Assembly (NCBI GenBank): GCA_963693365.1
Contig: CAVNZM010000002.1
Location: 3,674,259-3,738,258, forward strand
Direction of reading: 5' to 3'
DNA from: Amoebidium appalachense
Taxonomy: Eukaryota > Protista > Ichthyosporea
DNA length: 64,000 nucleotides
Position numbers and translations under genes: made by a program. Under the pieces are notes generated by a model, which was given only the letters and a program-made list of their open reading frames with translations, searched no databases and was not told the origin of the DNA. Positions 14,337-27,492 of the stretch are shown one piece after another. The stretch's first letter is position 1, and each line of letters opens with the position of its first letter.

Positions 14337-14992
14337 GACAGCATCTACAAAATAACACACAGCACGTGTGGAAGCAACAATTCTATACTGTGCCCTACAA
14401 CGATGATGCTTTTGCAAATTTGCAGTCCTTTTGTGCGGGGCTGGCACGGGGGCTGGCTGCACGGCCCTCTGAACACACACACTGCCGCCGGTACCGGTTA
14501 GGTCATATCACGTAATAGTCTGAGAGCGCTACCATCTGTTCTGTCGGCTCATCAGAAAGCTGGAATTATGCCATCTAAAAATGACGTAATACTCACCACA
14601 GATGAAGACTACGAATACATTTGTGCATTGTGTCCTTGTGCAGACCGACTGTGTGTGAGAGAGAGTGTGTGTGTGTGTAGTGTTGTGTGTGTGGTGTTCT
14701 GTGTGTAAGTGTGGTATGCTTGTGTGCTTTTTTCTTTTTTCTTCACTTTTCTATTTTTTTTTTTATTTTTTTTTTTGGGGGGAGGGGGGGGGGGGGGGGG
14801 GGGGGAAAGAAACTTCGGAAGGTACGAAGAACAGAAAACACAGTGTAATAAAAACGGATATGGAAGACTTATTGCAGTACCAATACATGGTGGTGGTGTA
14901 GTTGGCGGGGGCATGCCAAAAACGAAAGAAAATACGTGCGGGGGGGGGGAGGGGGGATGTTATATACGGAGGGGGGGGGGGGGGGGGGGGGG

Positions 14993-15024
<32 letters not shown>

Positions 15025-15500
15025 ATGTGAGATATTAGCACAGGTTCTGTCACATAGTGTCACAGGATCCATGATATGTTTGCTGTGATATTATACCACC
15101 TGGGCATATGCATGGGTCCTTGTGCAGGCCGTCATCATCACATATGCAACTATTGGCCTGGGGCACATACAATACAAAATAAAGATTCGGAATATACATA
15201 ACATACTTCATTCAGATGCAAGAAAAAGAGCAAAATGGATATCTACGCTGTGGGCCTAACAACGACTGCCATTAGATAACCAAGCTAATAGTAAATCAAA
15301 GAGAAGCTGAGCTACAAGATATAAGACCCGTATCTTCATTCTATTTTACCCTACGTTTACACCTTCACGCTGTCTTGTATGTAGGTTATTTCTACCATCC
15401 CCTACCCTTACCAACACCCCGGAGCACGCCAATCCATGCCGCATGCCCTACAACAAAGCCCAATTTTCAATTTTTTCATCCTACTTATCTCGCAACTATC

Positions 15501-16167
15501 TCAATTGGCAGGAGCGTCAGCCTGCTTCTTCTTAGCGCTCTTGCACGCCTCCAGCATACCCCGAATTTCCCTCAGAGCCCAGCGGATATCATCAGCAAAC
15601 TTATCCGAGTCAGTGGTGGGGCATGTCTTCTTCGAAGACACATGGAAGAAGAGAATGTCCTCCCCTGCTACCATGTACGACACACCGTATCCGTCGTCTG
15701 CAACGGGGCCAAACCCGCCACCGCAGCACACCATGTTGGCGTCCTTGCCTGAGGGGTCCCAGAGGGTCGTCTGTTGCTGCGGCTGTGGGGGTAAATGCAT
15801 GTGTGTAAGTAAGTGAACTCAGTGATAACATACCATATATTGTCTTCTTTTCGTTTGGGGGGGAAAAGGGGGGCAAGAGGCGGGGGGGGGGGGGGTGGGG
15901 GGGGATTAGTCATCTCCCATCATCTGTTTCACGGCGTATGACGTCCATACCCATATCAATGTAAGAGTATATGATTGGCTCGGCCCATAAATGGTTCGGG
16001 TCCCTTGTACGTAAAGTGTGATTGCCCTATAGAAATATCGACACGGACGTTAACTCACGACAAGCAACGTAATGCAAAATGAACTATAACAAAGCGAAAC
16101 CACACAGAAGCGTGTATGTGCACGTGTGTGTGTGCGCGACACTGTGTGTGTGTGTGTGTGTGTGGGT

Positions 16168-16207
<40 letters not shown>

Positions 16208-17046
16208 AAGAAAATTACCTGCTGGCTGGTAGAGAGGCGCCAGGGCTCCTTGAGTGCGTGCTTGAGGAACTCAGAGTCCACGCCAAGACCCTGGCTGACC
16301 ACATACAGCGCAAACAGGTGTCTGTCTACACCAAGACCAGACATGGCATCACGATACCTGCAAGTGGGTGGGTGGAGGGGGGTGGGGTCAGTTTGGACAG
16401 GCGGTTTTTGGTGTTTTTGTTCAACGGTTGGTTTTTGCTTTTCTTTTGCCTTTTCTTAATTTCTTAGTGTGTGTTTTTGTTTTTTTTCTTTCCCGAGATT
16501 TTGTTGTGCTTTCGTTTGACATTTCTTTATGTGTTTAGTTGGTGTTTTTTTGTGCTTAGTGGGTGTGTACTGTGCATAAGTGTGGGTGGATCATCCCCCC
16601 CCCCCCCCCCCCCCCCCCCCCCCGCGCGGGAAAAAGGCAACCTTGAAAGAGAAACACAAAACCGAAAACAAAACCATTGCACATGTGGTGCTTAGTCCAA
16701 ACCCACACACATTCATGCATGTACATTCATTTACCTGTCCTGGTGTGCGCCGCATGCCTTTTGGAACAGCTTCATCCTCTCCTCCGGTGCAACACTCTCG
16801 TCAAACATCGACAGGACCCATTTCTTGCTGTCCATCGTGGCCGAACGCACCGTCTCCGTTCTACCGTGCAGGTAGAGACGTGTCATGGATGACTCGTATG
16901 TCAGAGGGGTCACCTTGTTCTGTTTGTAATAGGCCAGTTGAAGCGCTTGTTGGATGAATCCGTCTGGGGATACACGGCATTGCTTCATCAGCCCCTTGCC
17001 GAATTCGTCAAAGCACATGACACGCAGGTGCAGCTCCTGTGTTTGT

Positions 17047-17096
<50 letters not shown>

Positions 17097-18139
17097 GGGA
17101 GGGTCGTTAGGCGGATTGGATGGGAATTGGGTATGTGTGTGCGTGTTTTTATGTGACCATGCATGTTCCGTGCCCTAATCATTTTCTGTCACGCTAAAGT
17201 GGGGAAGGGGGGGGAAGGGGGGGGGGGGGGGGAGTTTGAATGCGTCAAAAAGTACGAAGTACACAAGAACAAACGGATAACACGATGCAGAATGCAAGCC
17301 ATACATAAAGAGTATGCATAATAAGCAGAGCCCATCCTCAGGGGGGCCCCACGTCATCCACAGTACCCGAGTTTCGACCTATTCACCTCGTTAACGAAAC
17401 CCAACTCAGATACTGTTTCACTTGAACATGGGTAGGTCACCCGTCTTGATCAGAGACGAGCAGGGTTGCTTATGCAGGCAAGGGCAGTGGGAAAGGCCGG
17501 GGGTTAAAGTTGCAGCAGTAAGCAGAAGCAAGAAAAATATAGATAGGAACTCAGGAGACGGGGCTTCTAGGAAGCTCCCCCGTCGATACCTAAGTCGATA
17601 CTTCCCTGGCTAACATACTACACCAGCTGAAAAGAATTAAGTCCCGAAGGCCGCAGAATTCGCAATCAGAGGGGAAAATATGAGATTTGACCCACGCCGC
17701 AGGGTAGTAACACGCTTACTAGGGCGGAACTTTATCGTCTTCGAACGGAAAGCTATGCCCCCGGATGTCAGCCGGAAATATGGTATCACCCATTGCTTTG
17801 GGCTTGAAAAAAGCCAAACCGATAGTCCGAGTTATGTTACGCCGGCGGGTAACATGCCGCATGGGTTCCAAAGGAGCTGTCGCCAACAGAGCGGTGTGTG
17901 CATGCGTGCTCGTAACGCAATGTGTGAAGTGTGTCTATAGCTATGAAAGGGGGTATGCAGAAGTGGACAGATGAAGTGTGTGGAGAGAAAAACAGTAAGA
18001 AGAAAAGTAGACACCGGTATGTGCAACCCCGCACAACATACACACACACACACACACACACATAAATAAGCGAAGATTACAGGTAATCAACCAGAACAAC
18101 AAATGACAAGCAAAACAACAGGCGCCAAAAAAAAAAAAA

Positions 18140-18219
<80 letters not shown>

Positions 18220-18222
18220 GGG

Positions 18223-18262
<40 letters not shown>

Positions 18263-21200
18263 GGGAGAGAGAGAGAGAGAAAGAGAGAGAGAGAAGGGGG
18301 GGGGGGGGGGGGGGGGGAGGGGGGGGGGGGTGGGGAGGGGGAGGCGAGGGGGATGGTGGTCTTAGGGATGCTGCAGAATCGTCAGATATTAGACAAATCG
18401 TACCAATACGATCATTCTCTCATAGGGGGGGGCTGGCTGGCTGGGAGTGTGATGTGTGGTATATGGAAAAGCAAAAAGCTCAGTCATACGGCACGGCAAA
18501 ACCTGTACCAACAAAGCCCCAGCCTGCCGACTATGCACTTACTTTTTCCCGTTCTTCCGTTCCCTCGCCCCCTCCCTCTCCCACCCACCACCACCCACCC
18601 ACCCACCCACACAGGTACACACACACACAAATCCATTTAATCACATGTGCAGTGAGGGAATGAACACCCACATTGATCAGTGACTCGGCAGCAACCACAG
18701 CCTCCTGAATAACATTCTTTGCAGCATCCGAGTTCAGACTCCACTGCAGGGGGGTGGGTGCAGGCATGGGGTGCATGGTTGCACCGGGGGGCACGATGCA
18801 CCTCCCCTTTGCGTTGTATGATCCCTCCACGGCTTCACCAATCAGAACGTACTCCCACATCTGACCGATTACGGGGGCGTCGGCCCAGGCGTGCTCGCAG
18901 TTCAGGCCCGTCTATTTGGGAAGGCAGGGGGGGGGGGGGGGGGGGATGAATAAGATTGGCAGTGCAAGTTCGTTTATTTAGTGGAGCTGGGGAGGGGGGG
19001 GGGGGTAGACACTAGCGCATGGGTGTATGGGCGAGGGGGGAGAGGGCAGTTGGGGTGCCTGTTGCCTGTTCGAGTCCGTGTGTTCGGGTGAAGAATGATG
19101 GTGGGGGTGGTGGTGGTTGGGGGGGGGGGGGGGAAGGGGGGGGGGGGGGGGGGGGGGGTTTTGAATGCGGAACACAGTACGAAGTACGCATACACGATGA
19201 GAAGCATGGTGCAGGACACATGCAAAGGCAAACATTCAAGTATGCAGCATCAGCCATGCGCACAGTATGCGTCATAAGCAGAGCCCATCCTCAGGGAGGG
19301 CCCAAGTCATCAATTGCGTCTGAGTTTCGACCCCTTAGCCCGCGTATATACGACGCTCCAACTCAGACAGCAGCATCAACTGAACTTGGGTGGGTCAACC
19401 CGTCTTGATCAAAGACGAGCAGGGTTGCTTATGCAAGCAAGGTGAGCAAAACGGTGAAGATGTATGTGCAAACTAATGCAGTGCAGCGACAAACGCGTAT
19501 GTGCTTACAGATGCACGACACAGAGCAACCATGCCCGGTTGCATGGAAGTAAAGATGTCTCCACACAGTGGTCTGTCCTGAAAGGACACCTCTGAAAGAA
19601 GACAGGGGGGGTTTTGAATGCGGAACACAGTACGAAGTACGCATACACGATGAGAAGCATGGTGCAGGACACATGCAAAGGCAAACATTCAAGTATGCAG
19701 CATCAGCCATGCGCACAGTATGCGTCATAAGCAGAGCCCATCCTCAGGGAGGGCCCAAGTCATCAATTGCGTCTGAGTTTCGACCCCTTAGCCCGCGTAT
19801 ATACGACGCTCCAACTCAGACAGCAGCATCAACTGAACTTGGGTGGGTCAACCCGTCTTGATCAAAGACGAGCAGGGTTGCTTATGCAAGCAAGGTGAGC
19901 AAAACGGTGAAGATGTATGTGCAAACTAATGCAGTGCAGCGACAAGGGGGGGGGGGCCTAATTCTATTTTCCCTCCCACCATCTGACTCCCTGTGGAAAA
20001 CACACACACACACCTGCCTACAACGGCATTGTCATTTTCCAGTTCCCATTTCGCAGCACCCCCCGCTCCCCCCCCCCCTCCCCCCTTAGAATAGCCTCTC
20101 CCCCTCTCCCCTCCCCCCCCCATCCCCCTCACTCACACACACCCTCGCCGTTCCCATCCCTTCAATTCCTTTTCCCTAGGCCTTTCCAAAGAGAGAAAGG
20201 AAAAATGCAGCAACACACACGTACACGCACACGCACACCGTACCTTGCCGTTTGCGTAGACAATGATGTTGATAGACTTGTCAAACCAGCGATCGTAACC
20301 CTTTCCGTGGATCGACGCATACCCCTGGGCTGTGGCATCCTCCGGCTTGGAATCGTCAAAGATCAGAACACAGATGGCCTTTTCAATCATCTGCGGAATG
20401 GAGGAAATGATGGTTTTATGCACGGTCCTTCCAGTTTTATTTGTGATGTAAGTCGATTGATATGGTGGTTTCAAGTGCAATATTGTCAACAGGAGGAAGC
20501 GGGAGGTAAAAGGGGGGAAGATAAGCTTCTCACAACGTGACCGGGATTGCTTGGTGAGCACGGTTTGGGGGGGGGGGGGGGGGGGGGGGGGAATGGGGAG
20601 CATAATAGACGTACATCGAGGGAGTATTTGTTGATGCCGTGGCTGAACAGCTGTCTGCGTGCCTCATACCACTTGGTCCGGTCTCCTGCCGTCAGCGCAG
20701 CAATGTGGGCCTCGGTCGCCGTGGGTGTCATGGTTTTGCTCTCCTCAATGATCCGCTCAAACTGACTGTATACGTGGGGGAAGGGGGGGGGGGTTGGGGG
20801 GTGGGGGGTGGGGGGTGGGAGGGTACGTGTGTGCTACAGAGTACGGAGGGGAAGGGCAGGGTTGTGGGGGGGGGGGGGGGGGGGGGGGGGGGGGAGGGGG
20901 AAGGGGTGGGGGGAGGGTTGGAGAACGGTGGAGCGTGAATAGAGGAGGAGAGATCGGAGAAAGAGTGGGAGGTGGGGGGGGGGGGGGGGGGGGGGGGGGG
21001 CTGACGGTGTGGTATGCGGTAGGAAGGGCCTGTGCAGTGTGCAATAAAGAACATAAAAGAGTAAAAGGAACGGCACATAAACATCGAATGTATTCAACGC
21101 GAGCATGAAAGACACAGCGGAGAATGGCAAACAGAAGGGGGGGGGGGGGGGGGAAGGGGGGGGGGGGGGGGGCATGTAATGGTGGTGAAAGTGGTGGATG

Positions 21201-23346
21201 TGATAGGAGGGAGGGGAGGGGAGGAGGGGGGGGGGGGGAGGGTATGGGAAGCGGGAAATCGTGTGGGAAAATAAAATGTAGGGAACGGGACGCAGGGGCC
21301 CCGGTGGGGGGGGGGGGAGGGGGGAGGGGAGGAAAGGGGTGGAGGGGGGAGGGGGGGGGGGAGGTGGAGGTGGAGTAGAGCAGAATATGTTTTTGCGTGT
21401 GTGCATGTGTGCGTGTTCTCGGTTGTATGTGTGTGTGGGGATGTCTGTACGCGCATGCCTGCAAGCATGTGTGCATTCGCCTGTTTGTGTTGTGTGTACA
21501 TGTCTATGTATCCATTTGAGTACATGTGTGTGCACGGCGTGTATTGGTCTTGCATATGTGGATTGTGTGTGCCTGTCTCTGTGGGTGTGCATGTGCTTAC
21601 GTGGAGTGCATGCATGGGTGCATGGACGGGTTGGTGCGCACATGTGGCTAATGGTGAATGTGTGTGTGTTTGTATGTGCGTGTTGTAGATTGTTTCCAGG
21701 GCTTGCGTCCTTTAGAGAAAAGGAGCTAGGTTGCGGAATCTCGGGCGGGGGCGGGGAGGAAGGGGGGGGGAGGGGGGGGGGGGATGGCGCCACACAGTGG
21801 CAGGATATGAAACGATGAAAAGGGGGTTGATGGGGGGGGGGGGGGGAAAGGGGTTGCCAGGATCGAGGCAATGAGAGGGAAGGAAAAAAGAGAATGATGA
21901 GGAAGGGGAGAAGGAAGGTCGGGCAGGGAAGGTGGTGTTGATGGTGGTGGTGGTGGTGGGGGGGGGGGGGGGGGGGGGGGGGAGGGGGGGGCAGGAGGCA
22001 ATCAGGGCAAGGGAGAGGGAACAGGAAGAGAAGGGAAAGGAGAGCGACAAAAGTGGGGAGGGCGGAAGGGGGGGGAGGAGGGGGAGGAGGTAGAAGCAAG
22101 AAAACTGTGTGCACACGTACAGTTCGAGTTCAGCCACGTTCAGCAGGTCGCCGTTTCTGTGGTAGAGGTCCATGCTGAAGTAGACGCCGTTGGAGAGAAC
22201 AACAATGTGCCGTGACTCGTCGGGAGACAGGTGCACTGTGAATATCGCAACGTTTAGCAGTTAGTGAATGTGTACTGGAAGGGCGCAAGAGCGGCAGCGA
22301 GGTGAAAGGGGGGGGGGGGGGGGGGGGGGGGGATGCAATATATGCACGATGTGCCGTGACACACCGGGAGGAGGGTGCACTGTGCAATGTTTAGCAGTTA
22401 CAAAGGCGCTTGAAGAGAGAGTGGGTGGAGGTCAAAGGAGCTGAAGGGTAGGAGACGGGATGCTATGAAGGGGGTCATGCAGAGAGGAGCTGGGGAGGCA
22501 GTGAACCTTTTGGGGGGGGGGGGAGGGGGGGAGGGGGGGGGGGGTTTTGAATGCGTCAAAAAGTACGAAGTACACAAGAACAAACGGATAACACGATGCA
22601 GAATGCAAGCCATACATAAAGAGTATGCATAATAAGCAGAGCCCATCCTCAGGGGGGGCCCACGTCATCCACAGTACCCGAGTTTCGACCTATTCCCCTC
22701 GTTAACGAAACCCAACTCAGATACTGTTTCACTTGAACATGAGTAGGTCACCCGTCTTGATCAGAGACGAGCAGGGTTGCTTATGCAGGCAAGGGCAGTG
22801 GGAAAGGCCGGGGGTTAAAGTTGCAGCAGTAAGCAGAAGCAAGAAAAATATAGATAGGAACTCAGGAGACGGGGCTTCTAGGAAGCTCCCCCGTCGATAC
22901 CTAAGTCGATACTTCCCTGGCTAACATACTACACCAGCTGAAAAGAATTAAGTCCCGAAGGCCACAGAATTCGTAATCAGAGGGGAAAATATGAGATTTG
23001 ACCCACGCCGCAGGGTAGTAACACGCTTACTAGGGCGGAACTTTATCGTCTTCGAACGGAAAGCTATGCCCCCGGATGTCAGCCGGAAATATGGTATCAC
23101 CCATTGCTTTGGGCTTGAAAAAAGCCAAACCGATAGTCCGAGTTATGTTACGCCGGCGGGTAACATGCCGCATGGGTTCCAAGGGAGCTGTCGCCAACAG
23201 AGCGGTGTGTGCATGCGTGCGCGTAACGCAATGTGTGAAGTGTGTCTATAGCTATGAAAGGGGGTATGCAGAAGTGGACAGATGAAGTGTGTGGAGAGAA
23301 AAACAGTAAGAAGAAAAGTAGACACCGGTATGTGCAACCCCGCACA

Positions 23347-23381
<35 letters not shown>

Positions 23382-23442
23382 AATAAGCGAAGATTACAGG
23401 TAATCAACCAGAACAACAAATGACAAGCAAAACAACAGGCGC

Positions 23443-23479
<37 letters not shown>

Positions 23480-23492
23480 AGGAAAAAGAAAA

Positions 23493-23591
<99 letters not shown>

Positions 23592-24094
23592 GGAGAGAGG
23601 GAGAGAGAGAGAGAGAGAAGGTGGGGGGGGGGGGGGGGAGGGGGAGGGGAGGGGGAGGGGGGTCTTAGGGATGCTGCAGAATCGTCAGATATTAGACAAA
23701 TCGTACCAATACGATCATTCTCTCATATATGTGAGAAGATTGTGACTAACGATGTGCAGATCTGGTTAAGACCTGTTGGGTGTGCAGAGAAAATGGGAGG
23801 GGAAGGAGGAGGGAAAGGGGGAGGGGGGGGGGGAAGTAAGAGAGGGGAGGGAATGTTAGAGTGTCAGTAGTCTCAGGGGACCCTGCAGAGTCGTTAGATG
23901 TCAGACAAAAACGCACCAACGACCAAGTTCTCCGAGGGGAGAAATGCGTAAAACGTTCTGCAGAGTGGGTTAGAGACCTGCTGATGAGAAGAGTGTATAC
24001 AGGGTTTGGCCAGGGGGGGGGGGGGGGGGGGGGGGAAGGGGGGAAAAAGAAGGTAGGAGGGGAAGGGGGGGGGGGGGGGGGAGGAGAAGGGGGA

Positions 24095-24126
<32 letters not shown>

Positions 24127-24155
24127 GAGGGAAGGGAGGGGAGGGAGGGAGGGGG

Positions 24156-24196
<41 letters not shown>

Positions 24197-26579
24197 CTGT
24201 GGTGGACAGATCAGAGACGAGACCTCCATTTCAAAACTTACCAGGCAACCCAAAAAACCTAGCCGGCTGAGAAAGAAGAACGGCGGGGGAATTGTTTGGG
24301 AAAAGGAGCGGGGGGAGAGAGAGAGGGGGGGGGGGGGGGGGGGGGGGGGGGGAGGGGAAGGGGGGGGGAGAGGGGGAGAGAGGGGGAGAGGGAGAGAGAG
24401 AGAGAGGGAGGGAGAGAACGAGAGAGAACGAAAGAGAGCGAGAGAGGGAGACAGAGAGAGAGAGAGGGAGGGAGAGAGAGGGAGAGGGAGAGAGAGAGGG
24501 AGAGAGAGAGGGAGGGGGGGGGGGAGGGGGGGGGGGGAGGTGTAGGGGCTGGTAGGGGGGAGGGGGGGGGGGGGGGGGGGGGAACCGGGATAGAGTGGGG
24601 GACTAGGGAGTGTTGATCTTTTTAGTGATGATGGAGAGTATGTGAGAGGAGTGAACGCCACGGTATATGTGCGGGTGTGTGGCGAGAAAGCTGTGCATTT
24701 TGTGGTGCAAGAGTCTAAACGAGTAGCCTTTGTTAAGCAATGTTTTAGCAAGTCGTGCAGTGCATGTGGTGAATGCAGCAAGTGTGGAGCATTTGCGCTG
24801 GTAGCTATGCATTTGACTTGTCATGATGCCGTATTTTGCAGTGCGGGAGATGAATGAGTCGTGATGTGGGAAACGAACGATGTCTAGTGTATTGAACGTG
24901 GGTGTGTCGAGCTTGTTGTAGATGGTTGTGTGAATGCCGTGATTAGTGCAGGTGATATGCAAGTCGAGGTAGGGGACAGAGGGGGAGGAACCGGCAGGGT
25001 TGAGTTGAAGGCTGGTCTTGGGATATAGACCGAAATCACAATCTTCTAAATAGAGGTGGGAGAGAATGCGAGGATTATGAAGGGAGATCAAATCATCTAT
25101 GTAGCGGCGAGTAAACTGAAAATCTACCAAGACATCAATGCGTTCGTGTGCAATAAGCTTGCGAACAAAATCCAACTCATAAGTAAAGAGATAGAAATTA
25201 GCCAAGAAAACAGCACAGTTTGTACCCATGGGGATACCAATGTCCTGTTTGTAGAGGGTATCGCCAAACACAACATATATGTTATCTACGAGGAAACATA
25301 GAAAATCCACAAGCTGTGCCTTAGAGAGATGTAGAGAGTGTTCTTTAGGCTCAAAGGAATCATCCTGGGAATCATCATCTACACGATCCACCCAGGACAA
25401 CGTGGAGCCGGTTTTCTTAATAAACATGTGTGGTTTGCGAGCGTCCGTGCATTTTTTGACAAATATTGCGTCAATCAGTGTAGTGAGGCGAGCTTTCAAA
25501 TCATGCAAGTCAATCTTGGTGTAGAGTGTGGAAAAATCAAACACAGACACGGGCGTATTTTCGTGTTGGCGTGTGGTACGGTTAAGGGCGTTGATTGTGT
25601 GTGTGAGTGCGGTGCTATCCGTGAGAATCCAAGAGCTAGTGTTGTGTGGCAGGTGGGGTTTGACAACATCACACCACATACGTTCGACATCAGGGGAGAC
25701 GAACTTAAACACACTAGTGAGAAGGCGGGAGAGAGGTTCAAGTGATGTGGCAGAGGAGTTGGCAATGAAACGGAAGGTGGGTGGTGTTTTGTGCATTTTA
25801 ACTATGGCCTGAAATGTGGGCAAGCGTGCAGTGCGACGTCCTGGTGTGCCTTTTATGTCATGTGTTTTGAGAAATGCAAGGTGTTGTGCAACAATGTCTT
25901 TTGGTGCAGTGTTGCAGACGGGGGGAGGGGGGGGGGGGGGGGGGGGGGGGGGACGGGAGTGGGAGGGAGAGGTTGGAGGAAGGGAGGGGGGAGGGGGAGG
26001 AAGGGAGGTGAGGCACACCGATGGTGTCACAGTCCTTTCCAGGCAGGCGGGTGGTAGAGAATGTCCTTCTGTACTGTTCCATGCACATGGGCACCATGCC
26101 TCGAATCGACATGGGTTCGAGGGACTGTGTGTCGATCATCTGCTTGAACTCCATTGCACGGTGAACGGCAGTGGCGGCACGGCTAGCGGGGTGGGGGGTC
26201 ATTTGGAGGAAGAAATGGTCCCCTACGTAGTAGTTGCTGTTGATCATGATGGGCGCACGGCCACGGAGGTAGACGTACTTCTCCCACCAGTCTGTCACCT
26301 GTGGTGGTGGTGGTGGCCGTGTGTGTGTGGTGGGGGGGGAGGGAGGGGGGCGGGGAGGGGGTGGGGGGAAGGAAGAGGGAAAATAGGTGGTTGGACAGAT
26401 ATATTTTGATTGTTTTATTGGTCAGCAAACGTCACACTACCTGTTCCCCCCCCTCCCCCCCTCCCACCCCAATCCTCACCCACTCTCCTCCGATCTTCTC
26501 CTCCTTCCCGCCCCCTCCCCCCATCCCAGCCATCAATGCTTCGGTTGTAACAAATATGACACACTGGTGTTAACAAACC

Positions 26580-26671
<92 letters not shown>

Positions 26672-27246
26672 CACACACATACACACAAACACACACATCC
26701 ATTGTATCGGCAAACAAACGTTTCTCTTGTAACTACTCTGTGTGTGTTCTCCACATACACACACTACCAGCAGCCACCCCAACCCAGGCACATCCACGCG
26801 CATATCCTCGCTCCTACATGTTGTCGTGTGCCCTTCCCCCCACCCACCCCTAAGCAACACCACCACCCACCTTCCGACACACACACACACACATATGCAC
26901 ACACACACAAACACGGAGAAAGACTCACATAGTTGGATGCAACCCACGACTTGAACGTGAGGTAGCGGTTAAGGCGAGGGCCCTCGTTCTTTAGGAACTG
27001 CTCCCCAAGGCGCTTGGCCACGGCCATCTCCTCCTCCGAGAAGACGGGCTTGATGCTCTCCAGATAGTGCTCCACAGTATGCTTGAGTGATGGTACTGTG
27101 CGATGAAAAATGGTCAATTGTCACCTTAAGGTCTACGCGGCATTTTGCAGTATAAGACGTCAACACGACTTTAGAACAGGGAGCTATGCCTATATACGAC
27201 AATCACCTTAAAATACAAAACGGAAGAGCTCTATGCACATCTTGCA

Positions 27247-27278
<32 letters not shown>

Positions 27279-27447
27279 CTCCAACCCCCCCCCCCCCCCC
27301 CCCCCTTCCCCCACCCACCATCACCAACCCACTCCTCTTCCAACCATTTCTTCAACATAGCTTGCCCCCCCTCCCCCCTCCCCCCTCCACCCCCCCTCCC
27401 CCAGCACCAAAACCAACCTCAGTTGTTTCTTGACTCCATCCAGATCC

Positions 27448-27492
<45 letters not shown>

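Noticed and set aside
17680-17974. Duplicated small ORFs (MRFDPRRR..., also at 22991)
   Set aside because: They are antisense to the element, have no recognisable motif, and are duplicated only because the repeat is.
19285-19315. Box C/D snoRNA (UGAUGA...CUGA)
   Set aside because: The boxes are too close together, box C is not conserved in type A, and the context is a dispersed mobile repeat.
19310-19400. Canonical HDV-like ribozyme
   Set aside because: J4/2-like GCUAAG occurs only in type B, type A lacks the catalytic C, the P1 partner lies downstream, and there is no proper P3/L3.
25920-26030. Fusion of CPT1 and RT, or an RT start codon at 26030
   Set aside because: This is poly(C) read-through of CPT1 intron sequence; CPT1 splices around the element in frame.
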